Assembly (NCBI GenBank): GCA_963844715.1
Contig: CAWJPJ010000007.1
Coordinates: forward strand, 1,280,001-1,344,000
Source: an uncultured Phycisphaerales bacterium
Lineage (GTDB): Bacteria; Planctomycetota; Phycisphaerae; Tepidisphaerales; Tepidisphaeraceae
Length of the DNA: 64,000 nt
Reading direction: 5' to 3'
The notes under the pieces are model-generated. The model was not told the DNA's origin. It made no database searches and worked only from the letters and a program-made list of their open reading frames with translations. This document shows, piece after piece, positions 9,758 through 21,382 of the stretch. Positions within the stretch are counted from its first letter, which is position 1. Each line of letters begins with the position of its first letter. Made by a program: the position numbers and the translations under genes.

Positions 9758-12353
9758 TCATGGGTATTGGGATATCGACGCTTGGCGGATCCGGAGTGGG
9801 GAATCAGTGGGGCGGAGGAAGAGGGTGATTGTGTTGTCGGAGCCGCGGGCGACGTTCAGCCAGCATTCGGGGAGGTAGAAGTCCTTTTGGGGGCCGACCT
9901 CCCAATATCGGCCGAGGGCCTGGCCGTTGAGGTAAAGGAAGCCGTTGCCGGCGGCGTCGAGATGCAGACGCCAGGGGCCGGGTTGCGGCGGAATCTGCAC
10001 ATGCATTCGAATCCAGATCGGGTGGATGGGGTCGGAATCAGGCGGGTCGAGTTTGTCGCCGACGGTCGCGGATTGCCAATCGCTTTCGTCGAGGTTGGAT
10101 TGGAACCAGTTTTGGGAGAGGCCGGCGCTTTGGCCGGAGATTTCCCATTGCACGGGGAGCGGGTGGGGATGACGGGTGGAATCAAGTTCCGCACCGCCGC
10201 TGATGCCCGCGGAGGAATCGCCCGGGGCGAAGGTGATATCGATTTCGTTTTTTCCGGCGCGGAGAATTTTTGCCAGGTTCTGTTTGCGCTGGAGCCGGCC
10301 GAGATTTTTTCCGTTTACGATGAGGGTGGCCTGGCCGCGGATGTGGCCGACCGTGAAGAGGGTCGCTCCCGCGCGGAGGTCTTCGTGGGATAAGTCGAAA
10401 GGTCTTTGGATGGTGACGGTTTGATGCGCGGGGGCTTGTTTGGGGTCGTCGTTGATGTTGATCCAGCGTTCGGTGTTGCCGGCGCCGATTCCCCAATAGT
10501 CGAATGTGATCGGGAGGAATCGGAAATCGCTGATCATGGGATCGTGGAGTCCGGTGCGAGCGTCAAGATCGTCGCCCCCGTTGGGGCGTCCGCCGTCTTC
10601 GTAGAGGAGAGTGAGGATGCCATCGCCGGAGGGGGTCGGGGAAATCGACCCGGCGACCAAACGCGAATCATGGCGGGAGACGTTCGCGCGTTTTCCGTCG
10701 AGTTCGGCGATAAAGGAGTCCTGGTCGGGTAGGGAGGCGCTGAGAAGTAAATTTTTGCCGAACGTGCTTTCGTCTAGGCAGGCTCGATACCAGATGAATC
10801 TTCGATCGAATATTCCGAAGTCCTCGACGCCTTGCCCTTGGGCGAGGGGCTGCCAATCCAGGTCGGCGGGGCCCGGCTCAACTTTAATTCGCATGGAAGT
10901 GATCGGGATGCTCAGAATTTGAGGTTGATTCGCCGGGGCCAGAATTTCCCTGGGATAGCGCTCGCCTTGAGATGTGCTGGTGGCGCTTGGAGGAAGATAG
11001 ATGACCTGCGCCGAAGGGTTTCAAATCGTAATCGGCCGCGATTGTTGCCGATGCGGCGGGGCTGCTGATGTGAAGGTTGCCGTGCATGCCTTCAGTTCGG
11101 CGGTTATTCAAAAGAAAGAGAAAGCGCGATCCGTCTAGGGCGCGGCGGAGGATGACGGTTAGATCGTCGGGGGCATCGGCGACGTCGATCGATTCGGCGT
11201 CGGTGCGCGCCAGGGTCGGGCCGTGAAGGCGGATGAAATCACCGAGGCTTTTTACGGCGAAATATCTGGGGCTGGCAGCGCCCCATTCCCGGACCGGGGC
11301 GGCGTAATCGTAGGTGGTGGTGATTCCCGCTGCGGCCCAATCGCCGAAGTTGGTGCCGCCGAAGCCCATGTAATAATTGGTGCCGGAGTAACCGTGGGCC
11401 CACGCCAGCAGAGTGACATGTGCGATTTGCTCGGGCGTGTATCCCTTGTCGGCGCTCAATTTTTCGCCGGGGCCGAATTGTGCGAACCAGCCGCCTTGCA
11501 GCTCGGTGACCATGCGGGGTTTTTCGGGCTGGTAATCGTCTAGCATGGTGAGGTTATGCAATTCGCTGCCCGGGTCGTAGTTGGGATAGGTGTTGCGGCA
11601 TTCGGTGACGTTCTGGCGGAGAAAGGGGTCCTGGCGGAAAAGGGGATCATCTGTCATGCAAGTGATAAGAGGGACGTCGATTCCGAAATCCCGAGCGTCA
11701 TGAGCGAGGGCGACGAGCTGGTTGCGCTTTACCTCAGCGCTGAAGGGGGCGTACATGTATTCGTTTTCGATTTGCCAGAGGATGATGCCGGGGTCGCCGG
11801 GCGGCTCGTGGGTGATTTGATAGGGGGCGGCGACGGTGGCGACGGACTGGTACCAGTGGCGGCACCATTGGAGATAGGCGGGATCGTCGCCGCGAAGCCA
11901 GCGTCCCTGGCGGACAGTTGCCGGGCGGCGGGTGACGAGCCACTGGGGATAGCCGCCCCCGTCCCATTCGGCGCAGATGTAAGGACCTGGGCGGAGGATG
12001 ACGTTGAATTTGAAGCGGTGGATCGCCATGTCGAGCCAATCGTCGAGATCGGACATATCGACTTGCGAGAAATCGGCGGGATCGACCGGCGGCGTGCGCT
12101 CATGCCAGTTCCAGGCGACGTAGGTTTCGACGGTATTGAACCCGGCATCCTTCAGGGTTTGAAAACGCTTTTCCCAAAGGGGTTTTGGGCAGCGGAAATA
12201 ATGGAACGCGGAGCTAAAGACGAAGGTGTCTTTGCCGTCAATTTTGTAGCAGTGGCTGTCGAAGGAAAGTCTCGGGGGCGGTGGGACGGTTGCGCAACCG
12301 GTGACGATGAACAATGTGAGAAACGCCGGCCAGACATCCATTCCTCGCCGCAT
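9758..12353 (-). CDS. GH35 beta-galactosidase-like lipoprotein (frameshifted near 10900-11010)
   Basis: FNTVETYVAWNWHE, LRPGPYICAEWDGGG, QIENEY, YMGFGGTNFG, TTYDYAAP; C-terminal NGQALGRYWEVGPQ. Confidence 0.9.
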
Positions 12354-12433
12354 AGGGAAAACTCCTGTGCGATGAATTTATCATGGGGGCCGGGGCATTT
12401 CGATTGAGCGCGGGTACAATTGCGGCGATTACC

Positions 12434-14812
12434 ATGCCGGACCCGATCGCGCAGACATTTGATCAGGCTATCGAGCATCATCGTGCGGGGCGGCTGAGCG
12501 AAGCGCGGGCGCTTTACCTTCAAGTTCTCGACTCCGAATCGGACCACCCCGAGGCATTGCATCTGTTGGGCGTGACGAATTTGCAAAGCGGAAAGACGGC
12601 GGAGGCGCTGGAAATGGTGCGTCGCGCGGCGGAATTGAAGCCGCAGATGGCGCGGTATCAGATCAGTCTGGGGCAGGTTTTGGCCGCGATGGGGCGACAG
12701 GAGGATGCGCTGGCGGCGCATGAGCGGGCGGCGCAGCTTCAGCCGGATTTACCGGAGGCTTGGTTTGGGTGGGGTACGGCGCTTCAGGCGCTGGGACGGC
12801 ATCAGGAGGCGATCGACGTTTATCGGCGCGTGATCCGGCTTCGGCCGGATCATGTGGATGCGCTGAACAATCTGGGCAACGCGCTGCATGTGCTGGGTCG
12901 GACGCCCGATGCAATTGACGTGTATCGCAAGGCGATCGAGATCAGGCCGGAATCGCCGGCGATTTTTAACAACCTGGGGATAGCGCTACAAAAGTCGGGG
13001 CGACTCGATGAGGCGATCGCGGCGTTTGGGCGATCGATTGAGTTGCGGCCGGATTTTGCCGGGGCGAGCAATAATTTGGGCTGTGCGCTGACCGATGCGC
13101 GGCGATTGGACGACGCCGTGGGCGTTCTTCGGCGGGCCATCGAATTGCAGCCGGTATTCGCCGAGGCGTGGTACAACCTGGGAAATGCGCTGAAAAAGCG
13201 CGGAGATTTTGGCGATGCCGTGGCCGCGTATCGGCGCGCGATCGAACTCAAATCGGATTATGCCGAGGCATACACGAATCTGGGGAATGCGCTTTCAGGC
13301 CGTGCGCGAGTATGCCGAGGCGGCCCAGACGTATCGGAAGGCGCTGGCGCTGCGGCCTGCGCAATGCGGAGGTGCAGAATAATCTGGGGAGCGTCCTGCG
13401 GACGATGGGGCAACTCGATGAGGCGATCGCGGCGTTCAAGGCGGGGCTTTTTTTCCGACCGGATTATCACATCCTCTATTGCAATCTGGGAAACGCTCTG
13501 AAAGACGCTGGGCGATTGGATGAGGCGATCGCGGCGTATCGGCGCGCGGTCGAGCTGCATCCCTCGGATTGGATTTCGCACAGCAATCTGGTTTACAGCG
13601 TCTATTACAGTTCAGATTACGATTCGGCGGCGATTTTGCGCGAGAATTTGCGGTTTGGGGCGATGCATGCGGCAAGGCTGGGACAGAATGTTGCAGCGCA
13701 TGCAAACAGCCGGGATCCGAAACGGCGGATTCGGATTGGATATGTGGGGTCGGATTTTCGGGATCACTGCCAATCATTTTTCACAATTCCGCTCTTTTCT
13801 AACCACGATCACGAACATTTTGAGATTTTCTGTTACGCGAACGTCGGGCGTCCGGACGGCGCGACGGAGAGAATCAAAGGATATATGGGTCAGTGGCGGA
13901 GCATTGTGGGGATGACCGATGCGGAAGTTGCCGAGAAGATTCGCGCCGATGGGATCGATATCGCGGTCGACCTGACGATGCATATGTCGAATGGGCGATT
14001 GCTGGCGCTGGCGCGGCGGCCGGCGCCGGTGCAGGTGACTTATCTGGCGTATCCGGGGACGACGGGGGTTTCGGCGATCGACTATCGGCTGACCGATCCT
14101 TATCTCGATCCGGCGGGGGATAGCGATTTGAATTACTGCGAAAAATCCATTCGGCTCGAGGCAGGCGTTTTGGTGTTACGATCCTTTGACTGAGACTCCG
14201 GAGGTGCAAGCACCCCCCGCTTCGCGGAACGGGTATGTGACGTTTGGCTGCTTGAATAATTTTTGCAAGGTGACCCGAGAGACGCTGGATTTATGGGGGA
14301 CAGTGCTGCGGGCGATTCCGGATTCGAAAATGATCCTGCTCTGCCCGTTGGGGTCGCAGCGCGATCAGTTGCTGGATGAATTTCGGATGCGCGGGGTGCA
14401 TCCAGGCCGGATCGAAATGGCGCCTTACCAGGCCCGGGAAAAATATCTCGAGACTTATCAGCGAATCGATATTGGATTGGATACGCTGCCGTATAACGGT
14501 CATACCACGAGTCTTGATTCGTTTTGGATGGGCGTCCCGGTCATTACACGAGTGGGCCGGACGGCGGTGGGGCGCGGGGGGTGGAGTCAATTGTCTAATC
14601 TTGCCTTACCGGAACTTGCTGCCTGGAGTGACGAAGAATTCACGCAAGTAGCTATCCATTGGTCATCGGATTTGAACCGCCTGGCGGAGATGCGGGCGAC
14701 GCTTCGAGATAGGATGCGGAATTCTCCGCTGATGAACGGGGGGCGTTTCGCCAAAAACGTGGAGGCGATTTATCGAACGATCTGGCGGGAATGGTGCGCG
14801 CCTGGCGATTGA
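12434..14812 (+). CDS. TPR-containing O-GlcNAc transferase-like protein (GT41/SPINDLY); two frameshifts
   Basis: Many NNLG TPR repeats; RIRIGYVGSDF, RRPAPVQVTYLAYPGTTG, LDTLPYNGHTTSLDSFWMGVPV. Confidence 0.9.
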
Positions 14813-14813
14813 A

Positions 14814-15164
14814 GTGATTCAGCGCGAGGGATCGGTGGAGCTGGCGGTGAAAGTCGTTCCCCGCGCGTCGCGGGATCGGATAGTTGGCTTTTACGGCAAC
14901 AGAGTAAAAGTTACTACAAGCCGTCCCGCGCAAAAGGGGGAGGCGAACGACGCAGTTGTGCGGTTGCTTGCCGAGGCGCTGGGGGTTCCGGCTGGTGTGA
15001 TTCAGATCACGCGCGGGGGTTCGAGCCCATTTAAGACGGTTGGAATTAGAGGTGTGAGCGCTAAATTGGTGCGGGCGGGTTTAGAGGGGGCCATAAAAAG
15101 AAAAAGACCCGCAGGGGGCAGAGAGGGGGGGAACTCTGCCGGGGATCCTGCGGGTCGTAAGTAA
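14814..15164 (+). CDS. DUF167 (YggU/UPF0235) family protein
   Basis: VKVVPRASRD...PAQKGEANDAVVRLLA...K motifs; true C-terminus may be shorter. Confidence 0.85.
   Translation: MIQREGSVELAVKVVPRASRDRIVGFYGNRVKVTTSRPAQKGEANDAVVRLLAEALGVPAGVIQITRGGSSPFKTVGIRGVSAKLVRAGLEGAIKRKRPAGGREGGNSAGDPAGRK
15096..15156 (-). terminator. Nested hairpin with poly-U tail (intrinsic terminator, possibly a small RNA)
   Basis: Minus strand GACCCGCAGG...GGCAGAG-TTCCCCCCCT-CTCTGCC...CCTGCGGGTC-TTTTTCTTTTT. Confidence 0.65.
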
Positions 15165-15189
15165 ATCTCTTACCTTATATTTCGAGAAT

Positions 15190-15810
15190 TTACAACATTT
15201 TTGCAAAATTCTTTTCCAAATTGACGGTTATGAGGTCTTCCGGGCAGTCCAAGTCGATCGCGCCTTCGGGCCAAGGGAGAAGGGCAAGATCGGCTTGATC
15301 GTCCGATAACAATTGTTTCGCGCCTGAACTATCTGCGATGTTGAGGAGCCCCACGAATTTCCGGCGGGCGAAGCAGCAGGGAGTGCCGAAGGTTCCGGAA
15401 TAGGAGCACGCCGCCATCGATTTTCCGCTTTCCCACCATCTGGCTATCAAGCTGCGGAGCACTTCGCCGGTCATATATGGCTGGTCACATACGACTATGA
15501 CGGCGCCGGCCACCGGAGCCGGTTCGGACTCGAGCGCCGTTATGCCGGCTCGAAGGGACGATCCGATGCCGGCTGCCCAGTTCGAGTTTTGAATCGGCCG
15601 GGTGGGGAGATCGTTCAATTCGGAAATCACCCGCTCGGAATTAAATCCGGTTACCACGATTATGGGACTGCACCCCGCGTCGATTGCGGCCTGAGCCGCG
15701 CGGCGGATAAGGGACTGACCTTCAAATCGAAGAAGTTGTTTGGGTTGCCCCATGCGCCGCGATTCTCCGGCGGCGAGGATAACGGCTGCGATTTTTTCGC
15801 GGGGGTTCAC
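15190..15810 (-). CDS. Molybdenum cofactor cytidylyltransferase (MocA-like NTP transferase)
   Basis: ILAAGESRRMGQPKQLL; GTG start overlaps the xdhC stop. Confidence 0.85.
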   Translation of the reverse strand: MNPREKIAAVILAAGESRRMGQPKQLLRFEGQSLIRRAAQAAIDAGCSPIIVVTGFNSERVISELNDLPTRPIQNSNWAAGIGSSLRAGITALESEPAPVAGAVIVVCDQPYMTGEVLRSLIARWWESGKSMAACSYSGTFGTPCCFARRKFVGLLNIADSSGAKQLLSDDQADLALLPWPEGAIDLDCPEDLITVNLEKNFAKML

Positions 15811-16886
15811 TTCCACGCGGTCCCGGCTTTCGAATCGCGGCGGTCGAAACCGTGGATGGGACCGGAGCGGTCGCGGAGATGTCCGCCGGTCCGACCGGCG
15901 AAGACAGCTTGAATCTCGGCGACGATTGCCAGCGCGATTTGCTGCGGGGATTGGGCGCCGACATCCAAGCCGATGGGCCAAAACAATCGGCGCGCGAGAT
16001 CGGGACTCTGCCAGTCCGCTCCAGATGCCGCCAGGAGTCGGCGCGTTCTGTGACGCGGGCCGAGGATTCCAATGTAGAGGGGCGGATGGTTCAGGACCTG
16101 TCGAAGGACGGCCAGATCGCGGCGATAGTCGTGGGCCATGACGACGGCGGCGGCATCTTCGGCGGTTTGCGCAATCGAATCGGATCGGCCGACGACCGTG
16201 ACATGCCAGCCCAGAAGTCGGGCCATTTCGGCCAGCGGCGCGACATCGCGGCCGTCGCCGAAAATCGTCAAGGATTGCGGCGGTGAAATGCGCTCGATGA
16301 GGACGTCGGCGATGGCGCCGTTGGTTGCCTTGATTCTCAGCAGGTGAGCGCCGCTTTGATGTCGGGAGAATTCGCTGAGAATTCTCTGGCGAATGAGGGG
16401 ATCGCCGACATTACCCACGGGGTCGTGGCCGTCGAATTGGGTCATTCGCTGTACATCGGTGAGCGGATCGATGCGGACGATCGTTGCGACGCTGGCGCTG
16501 AGTCGTTCTTTGAGGGCGCGGGCGAGAACTGGAAGAGGGCCGGGGGATTGGCGGTTGACGGGCTCGATGAAGACGTCGATGCGTCCGCCGCAGCCGAGGG
16601 ACGCTCCGGGGTCGCGAAGTTCATCTTCGGGATCGCGCGGGGATTCGTAGCAACACACGTCGGGCTTGCCGGTATCGATGACCAGTCGGGCTCGGCGGGC
16701 GACATCGCGATCGAGACAGCCGCCGCTGATGGCGCCCCAGGCGCGGCCGTCGGCGGCAACGAGCATGCGAGCCCCGGGGCGGCGGTAGGCGGAGCCTTCC
16801 ACCGCGGCGATGGTTGCGAGCGCGGCGGGACTGCCTGATGCGCACAGGGCGTCGAACGCCTGGATCATTTGTTCAAGCTCGTTCAC
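15807..16886 (-). CDS. xdhC: XdhC/CoxI family molybdoenzyme maturation factor
   Basis: GSAYRRPGARM, GAISGGCL, LGCGG, YIGILGP, PIGLDVGAQSPQQIALAIVAEI. Confidence 0.9.
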   Translation of the reverse strand: MNELEQMIQAFDALCASGSPAALATIAAVEGSAYRRPGARMLVAADGRAWGAISGGCLDRDVARRARLVIDTGKPDVCCYESPRDPEDELRDPGASLGCGGRIDVFIEPVNRQSPGPLPVLARALKERLSASVATIVRIDPLTDVQRMTQFDGHDPVGNVGDPLIRQRILSEFSRHQSGAHLLRIKATNGAIADVLIERISPPQSLTIFGDGRDVAPLAEMARLLGWHVTVVGRSDSIAQTAEDAAAVVMAHDYRRDLAVLRQVLNHPPLYIGILGPRHRTRRLLAASGADWQSPDLARRLFWPIGLDVGAQSPQQIALAIVAEIQAVFAGRTGGHLRDRSGPIHGFDRRDSKAGTAWK

Positions 16887-16995
16887 TCGCCTCTTTAGCA
16901 TAGTCACGTTTCGGCGACATGCGAAATGCACAATCATTTGCAGTTTTTGGCTGGGGCCATAGATTGTGCGGAGACGAACTAAACCAAGGCGGCGG

Positions 16996-17874
16996 ATGGC
17001 TGGCGAGGCGGAATTCTTCGGCGGGATCATCGTTCCGATGGTCAGTCCGTTCACGCCGGACGGGCATGTGGACATCCCCGCGGTTTCGCGGCTCGTGTCC
17101 CGGCTGGTGGGGCAGGGAGTGCAGGGGATTTTTGTGCTGGGAACCACCGGGGAGGGGCTCTCGATGCAACGGTATCAGCGGAGCCAGATTGCTTACGAGG
17201 CGGCCGCGGCGATCTCGCGGCAGCCGCGAAAAGCGGCTTTGTACGCCGGGATTTCCGGGAACTGCCTGGCGGATTCGATCGAAGCGGCCGAGATGTGGAA
17301 GCAGGCGGGCGCCGACGCCGTGGTGGCTCATCCGCCGTTTTATTTTCCGATTTCGGACTCGATGCTGGAGAAGTATTTTCAGGAACTGGGGGATCGCTCG
17401 CCGCTGCCGCTGCTGCTTTATAATATTCCGCAGACCACGCATGTTTCGATCCCGCTGGAGACGATTTCGCGGCTGAGCAAGCATCCGAACATCATCGGCA
17501 TAAAGGATTCGCAGCGCGATTTGCCGCGGCTGACGAAATTGATCGAAGAGCACCGGGATTCGGCGTTTCGCGCTTTGGCCGGGTCGATTTCCTTGGCTTG
17601 CGAGTGCCTGAAGCTTGGAGCGCACGGACTGGTTCCGAGCACGGCGAATCTCGCGGCGGAGATTTATGTCGGGATGCTTAACGCGGCGCGGGCCGGCAAT
17701 TGGGCGGAGGCGGAGAAGCTTCAAACTGAATCGGATCGGCTGTCGGCGCAATACCAGCAGGGGGTTTCGCTGGGCGAGTCAATCGCGAAGTTGAAATTGC
17801 TCATGTCGCGGCAGGGGATTTGTTCCCCGCGCGTGCTTCCTCCTTTGCAAACTCAAAGCGAAACATGTGGCTGA
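16996..17874 (+). CDS. Dihydrodipicolinate synthase/N-acetylneuraminate lyase family aldolase
   Basis: LGTTGEG, LYNIP, GIKDS motifs. Confidence 0.88.
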   Translation: MAGEAEFFGGIIVPMVSPFTPDGHVDIPAVSRLVSRLVGQGVQGIFVLGTTGEGLSMQRYQRSQIAYEAAAAISRQPRKAALYAGISGNCLADSIEAAEMWKQAGADAVVAHPPFYFPISDSMLEKYFQELGDRSPLPLLLYNIPQTTHVSIPLETISRLSKHPNIIGIKDSQRDLPRLTKLIEEHRDSAFRALAGSISLACECLKLGAHGLVPSTANLAAEIYVGMLNAARAGNWAEAEKLQTESDRLSAQYQQGVSLGESIAKLKLLMSRQGICSPRVLPPLQTQSETCG

Positions 17875-19360
17875 ACTACGCGGTGATCGGCCTGTACTTG
17901 GCCGGCATCTTCGCCATCGCCTTGCATTTTCGCCGCGGACAGACCGATCCCAAAAAATACTATCTCGGCGATTCCCAGCTCCCGGCGTGGGCGATCGGAA
18001 TCTCGCTGATGGCGACCATCATCAGCTCCGTCACCTTCCTGGCGTTTCCGGGGAACGGCTTTTCCGACAACTGGATCCTGCTGGTGCAGGGGCTGATGCT
18101 GCCGCCGGTGATGCTGAGCATTCTGCGGTTTATCGTGCCGGTGTATCGGCGGTTCATTGGAATCAGCTCGTATGAGTATTTCGAAAAGCGGTTTGGATAC
18201 GGGGCGCGGACGTACAGCTCGCTGGCTTTTTTTGGGCGCATTTTTCGAAGATTGGCTTCATCGTTTATCTGATGGCGATGGCCGTGGGACAACTGACGCG
18301 ATTAAGCGTTTACGAGACGATTTTTCTCGTCGGCGCGGTGGCGACGGGGGCGACGCTGATCGGCGGGCTGCAAGCCGTCGTCTGGACTGAAGTGATTCAG
18401 GGTTTCGTGCTGGTCGCGGGCGGCTTGCTTTGCTCGACTCTGCTTTTGTTCAAGGCCACGGGAAACCCGGCGGATGTTTTTCGCGTCGCTCATGCGGCGG
18501 GGAAAATGAGCCTGGGGCCGTATGATTTCACTCTGGCGCGGCGCACGTTCTGGGTATTGGTTTTGAACGGCCTCTTTTACTCACTGCAAAAATACGCGAC
18601 GGATCAAACGGTGGTGCAGCGATTTCTGGCGGCGAAATCGGATCGGGCGGCCATCCGGGCTTCGCTGCTGGGGATGGGATTATGCGTGCCGGTCTGGACG
18701 CTGTTTATGTTCATCGGGACGGAATTGTGGGCGTTTTATAAATTGACGGGCAAGAGTTTGCCGGCGATGAGGCCGGAGGCGGTGTTTCCCTATTTCATTA
18801 AGACGGAACTTCCGGCGGGCGTGATCGGGTTTGTCATCGCCGGATTGATTTCGTCGGCACTGTCGAGTCTGCAATCGGATTTGAACTGCCTGTCGGCGGT
18901 GGTTGTGGAGGATTTCTATCGGCGACTGCGCCCGATGGCGGATGGGAAGGCGCGGCTGCGCGTCGGGAAAATAATCGTGGCCGTGGCGGGAGCCGCGGCG
19001 ATTTGCGCGGCGTGTCTCTATGCCCGGTTCGGAGAGCGAAACGTACTGGCGAATATATTCGACGTTTATGCGATTTTTTCCGGAGGGATCGCCGGGCTGT
19101 TCGCCCTGGCTTTTTTCACCACGCGGGCGAATCGCGGCGGCGTTTGGATGGGCATCATCGCGTGCGTCATCTTTACCGCCTGGACTTTTGCCACCAGTCA
19201 CGGCTTGTTGAATCTCGGCCGGTTCAATTACACGGAGCCGCAGTTGATGGTGGGCGTATACAGCCACCTGGTTCTGTTCGGCGTCGGGTATATTGGCAGT
19301 TACTTCTTCGCCCCGCAGGCGGAAGTGCGGAGCATGACTGTTTATGGCTGGTCTTCGTAA
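17865..19360 (+). CDS. Sodium:solute symporter (SSS family); frameshift ~18235
   Basis: YEYFEKRFG, GGLQAVVWTE, DQTVVQRFLAA. Confidence 0.9.
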
Positions 19361-20897
19361 CGCAATCGTCGGTATGGCAATCGCGCATGCTTACGGGATG
19401 CGCCAGCGCACCGAGTCACCCAAGTCCGGTGCTCGAGCCGAAGGCGTTCGAGCATTTCGTCGACACGTTCAACACGATGGAGCCGGAGGGAGTTGTCAAC
19501 GCGATTCCGAACTCCGCCGCTTGGAATTGGATGCAGCAGAACATTCCGCTGTGGGAGTGCCCCGATCCGTGGCTGACGGAGATTTACTATTTCCGCTGGT
19601 GGACGTATCGCAAGCACATCGTGCTGACGCCACAGGGGTTTGTAATCACGGAATTCATCACGCCGGTGTCGCATGCGGGGGCTTACGACACGATCAGTTG
19701 CGCGATCGGGCAGCACATCAATGAGGGGCGGTGGCTGCGCGATGCGGAATATCTGGATGATTATTTGCGGTTCTGGTTTGTTGGCGCGGACGGGAAGGCT
19801 CAGCCGCATTTGCACAAATACAGCGGGTGGGTCCAGTGGGCGGCATATCAGCGCTATCTCGTCACGGGGGAATCGAAAATTCTCATCGAATTGCTGCCGG
19901 CGTTTATCGACGATTATCACAAGTGGGAAATCGAGCGGCTTCAGCCGAGCGGGCTGTTCTGGCAGAAGGATGTCAGCGACGGAATGGAAGAGTCGATCAG
20001 CGGGTCGCGGAAGCTGAAGAACTCGCGGCCGACGATTACCAGCTACATGTACGGGAACGCGATGGCGATCGCGGCGATTGCCGATCTGGCGGGGAAGCCG
20101 GATGTGGCGAAGGAATTCCGGGCCAAGGCGGCGAAGATCAAAGGCCGCGAAGAGGCGATTCTTTGGGACAAGCATGCGGGATTTTTCAAGGTTCTTTTGC
20201 AAGGCGGGAAGATTTCGCCGCGCGCGAGGCGATTGGGTTCATCCCCTGGTATTTCGAATTGCCGGATGACACGGATGAATACGGCGCGGCGTGGAAACAG
20301 TTGACCGATCCGGAAGGGTTCTGGTTGCCATGGGGATTAGCGACGGCCGAGAGGCGCCAGCCGAGCTTTATGATGCGCGTGCATGGGGATTGCGAATGGG
20401 ACGGCGCGGTCTGGCCGTTTGCGACTTCGCAGACCCTGACGGCTTTGGAAAATCTGCTCAACGATTATCAGCATCACTCGATGACGTCTCAGGTGTTTTT
20501 CGATGCGATGGATATCTATGCCAGATCGCACATCATGGATGGGAAGCCTTACATCGGGGAGTATCAGCAGCCTTACACGGGATATTGGCTCAAAGGAAAC
20601 AATCCGCGCAGTCGTTATTACAACCATTCCACTTTTTGTGATCTTGTGATCACGGGGCTGGCGGGTTTGCGGCCTCGGGCGGATGATGTTGTGGAGGTGA
20701 ATCCGCTGGTGCCGGCGGGCGCGTGGCCGTGGTTTTGCCTGGACGGAGTCCCGTATCACGGGCATTTGCTGACGATATTGTGGGACGAAACCGGCATGCG
20801 CTACGGGCGCGGTTCGGGGCTGTCCGTTTTCTGTGACGGGAAGCTGATCGCCCATTCCCCAACTATTTCGAGAGTGACTGGAGTTTTGGGTAAATAA
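19344..20897 (+). CDS. MGH1-like/GH63-type glycoside hydrolase, likely lipoprotein (frameshifts ~19385 and ~20220)
   Basis: YYFRWW, DGMEES, CEWDGAVWPFATSQ, YNHSTFCDL; MLTGC lipobox-like segment. Confidence 0.75.
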
Positions 20898-21010
20898 TGG
20901 CCGAAAATGGGGTTGCGATATAAGCGACGTTGCCGGTAAATATTTGTTTAGGTGGCACGTTGTAACCGGAAGTATAGGACGAGATTTGAAACCCTTAACA
21001 GGAGGCGCCG

Positions 21011-21283
21011 ATGATTGGCGTTCGCACAGCAGCAATTGTTGGAGTATTGGGACTGGGTCTGGCCGGCGGGATGGCGATCAACACAGTTGCGTCGGGAAAC
21101 CCCGCGCCAATCGCGCTCGATGAGCATCATCCGGAAATTCACGCGGCCATGGATGCGTTGCAGGCCGCGCGCGATCATCTCATGCACGCCGATCGAGATT
21201 TCGACGGGCATCGCACGGCGGCGGTGCACAAGGTCGATGAAGCGCTGGCCGAATGCCAGGCGTGTCTCGATACGGATCACTAG
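21011..21283 (+). CDS. Small secreted His-rich helical protein
   Basis: AGGAGG RBS; signal peptide; HHPEIHAAMDALQAARDHL...GHRTAAV. Confidence 0.75.
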   Translation: MIGVRTAAIVGVLGLGLAGGMAINTVASGNPAPIALDEHHPEIHAAMDALQAARDHLMHADRDFDGHRTAAVHKVDEALAECQACLDTDH

Positions 21284-21303
21284 AAATCGAATTCCGAAAG
21301 CAC

Positions 21304-21350
21304 GGAGATATCCGCGGGTGCGAGCACCTTTGGATATCTCCATTTTTTTT
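21304..21350 (+). terminator. Intrinsic terminator
   Basis: GGAGATATCC...GGATATCTCC followed by a T8 run. Confidence 0.8.
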
Positions 21351-21382
21351 GCGCACTGATCCCGGGCGACGGGGTGGCGGAT

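Noticed and set aside
12434..13560. Regularly spaced repeats resembling an array
   Set aside because: These are 34-aa TPR coding repeats. No CRISPR repeat-spacer array or cas gene is visible in the window.
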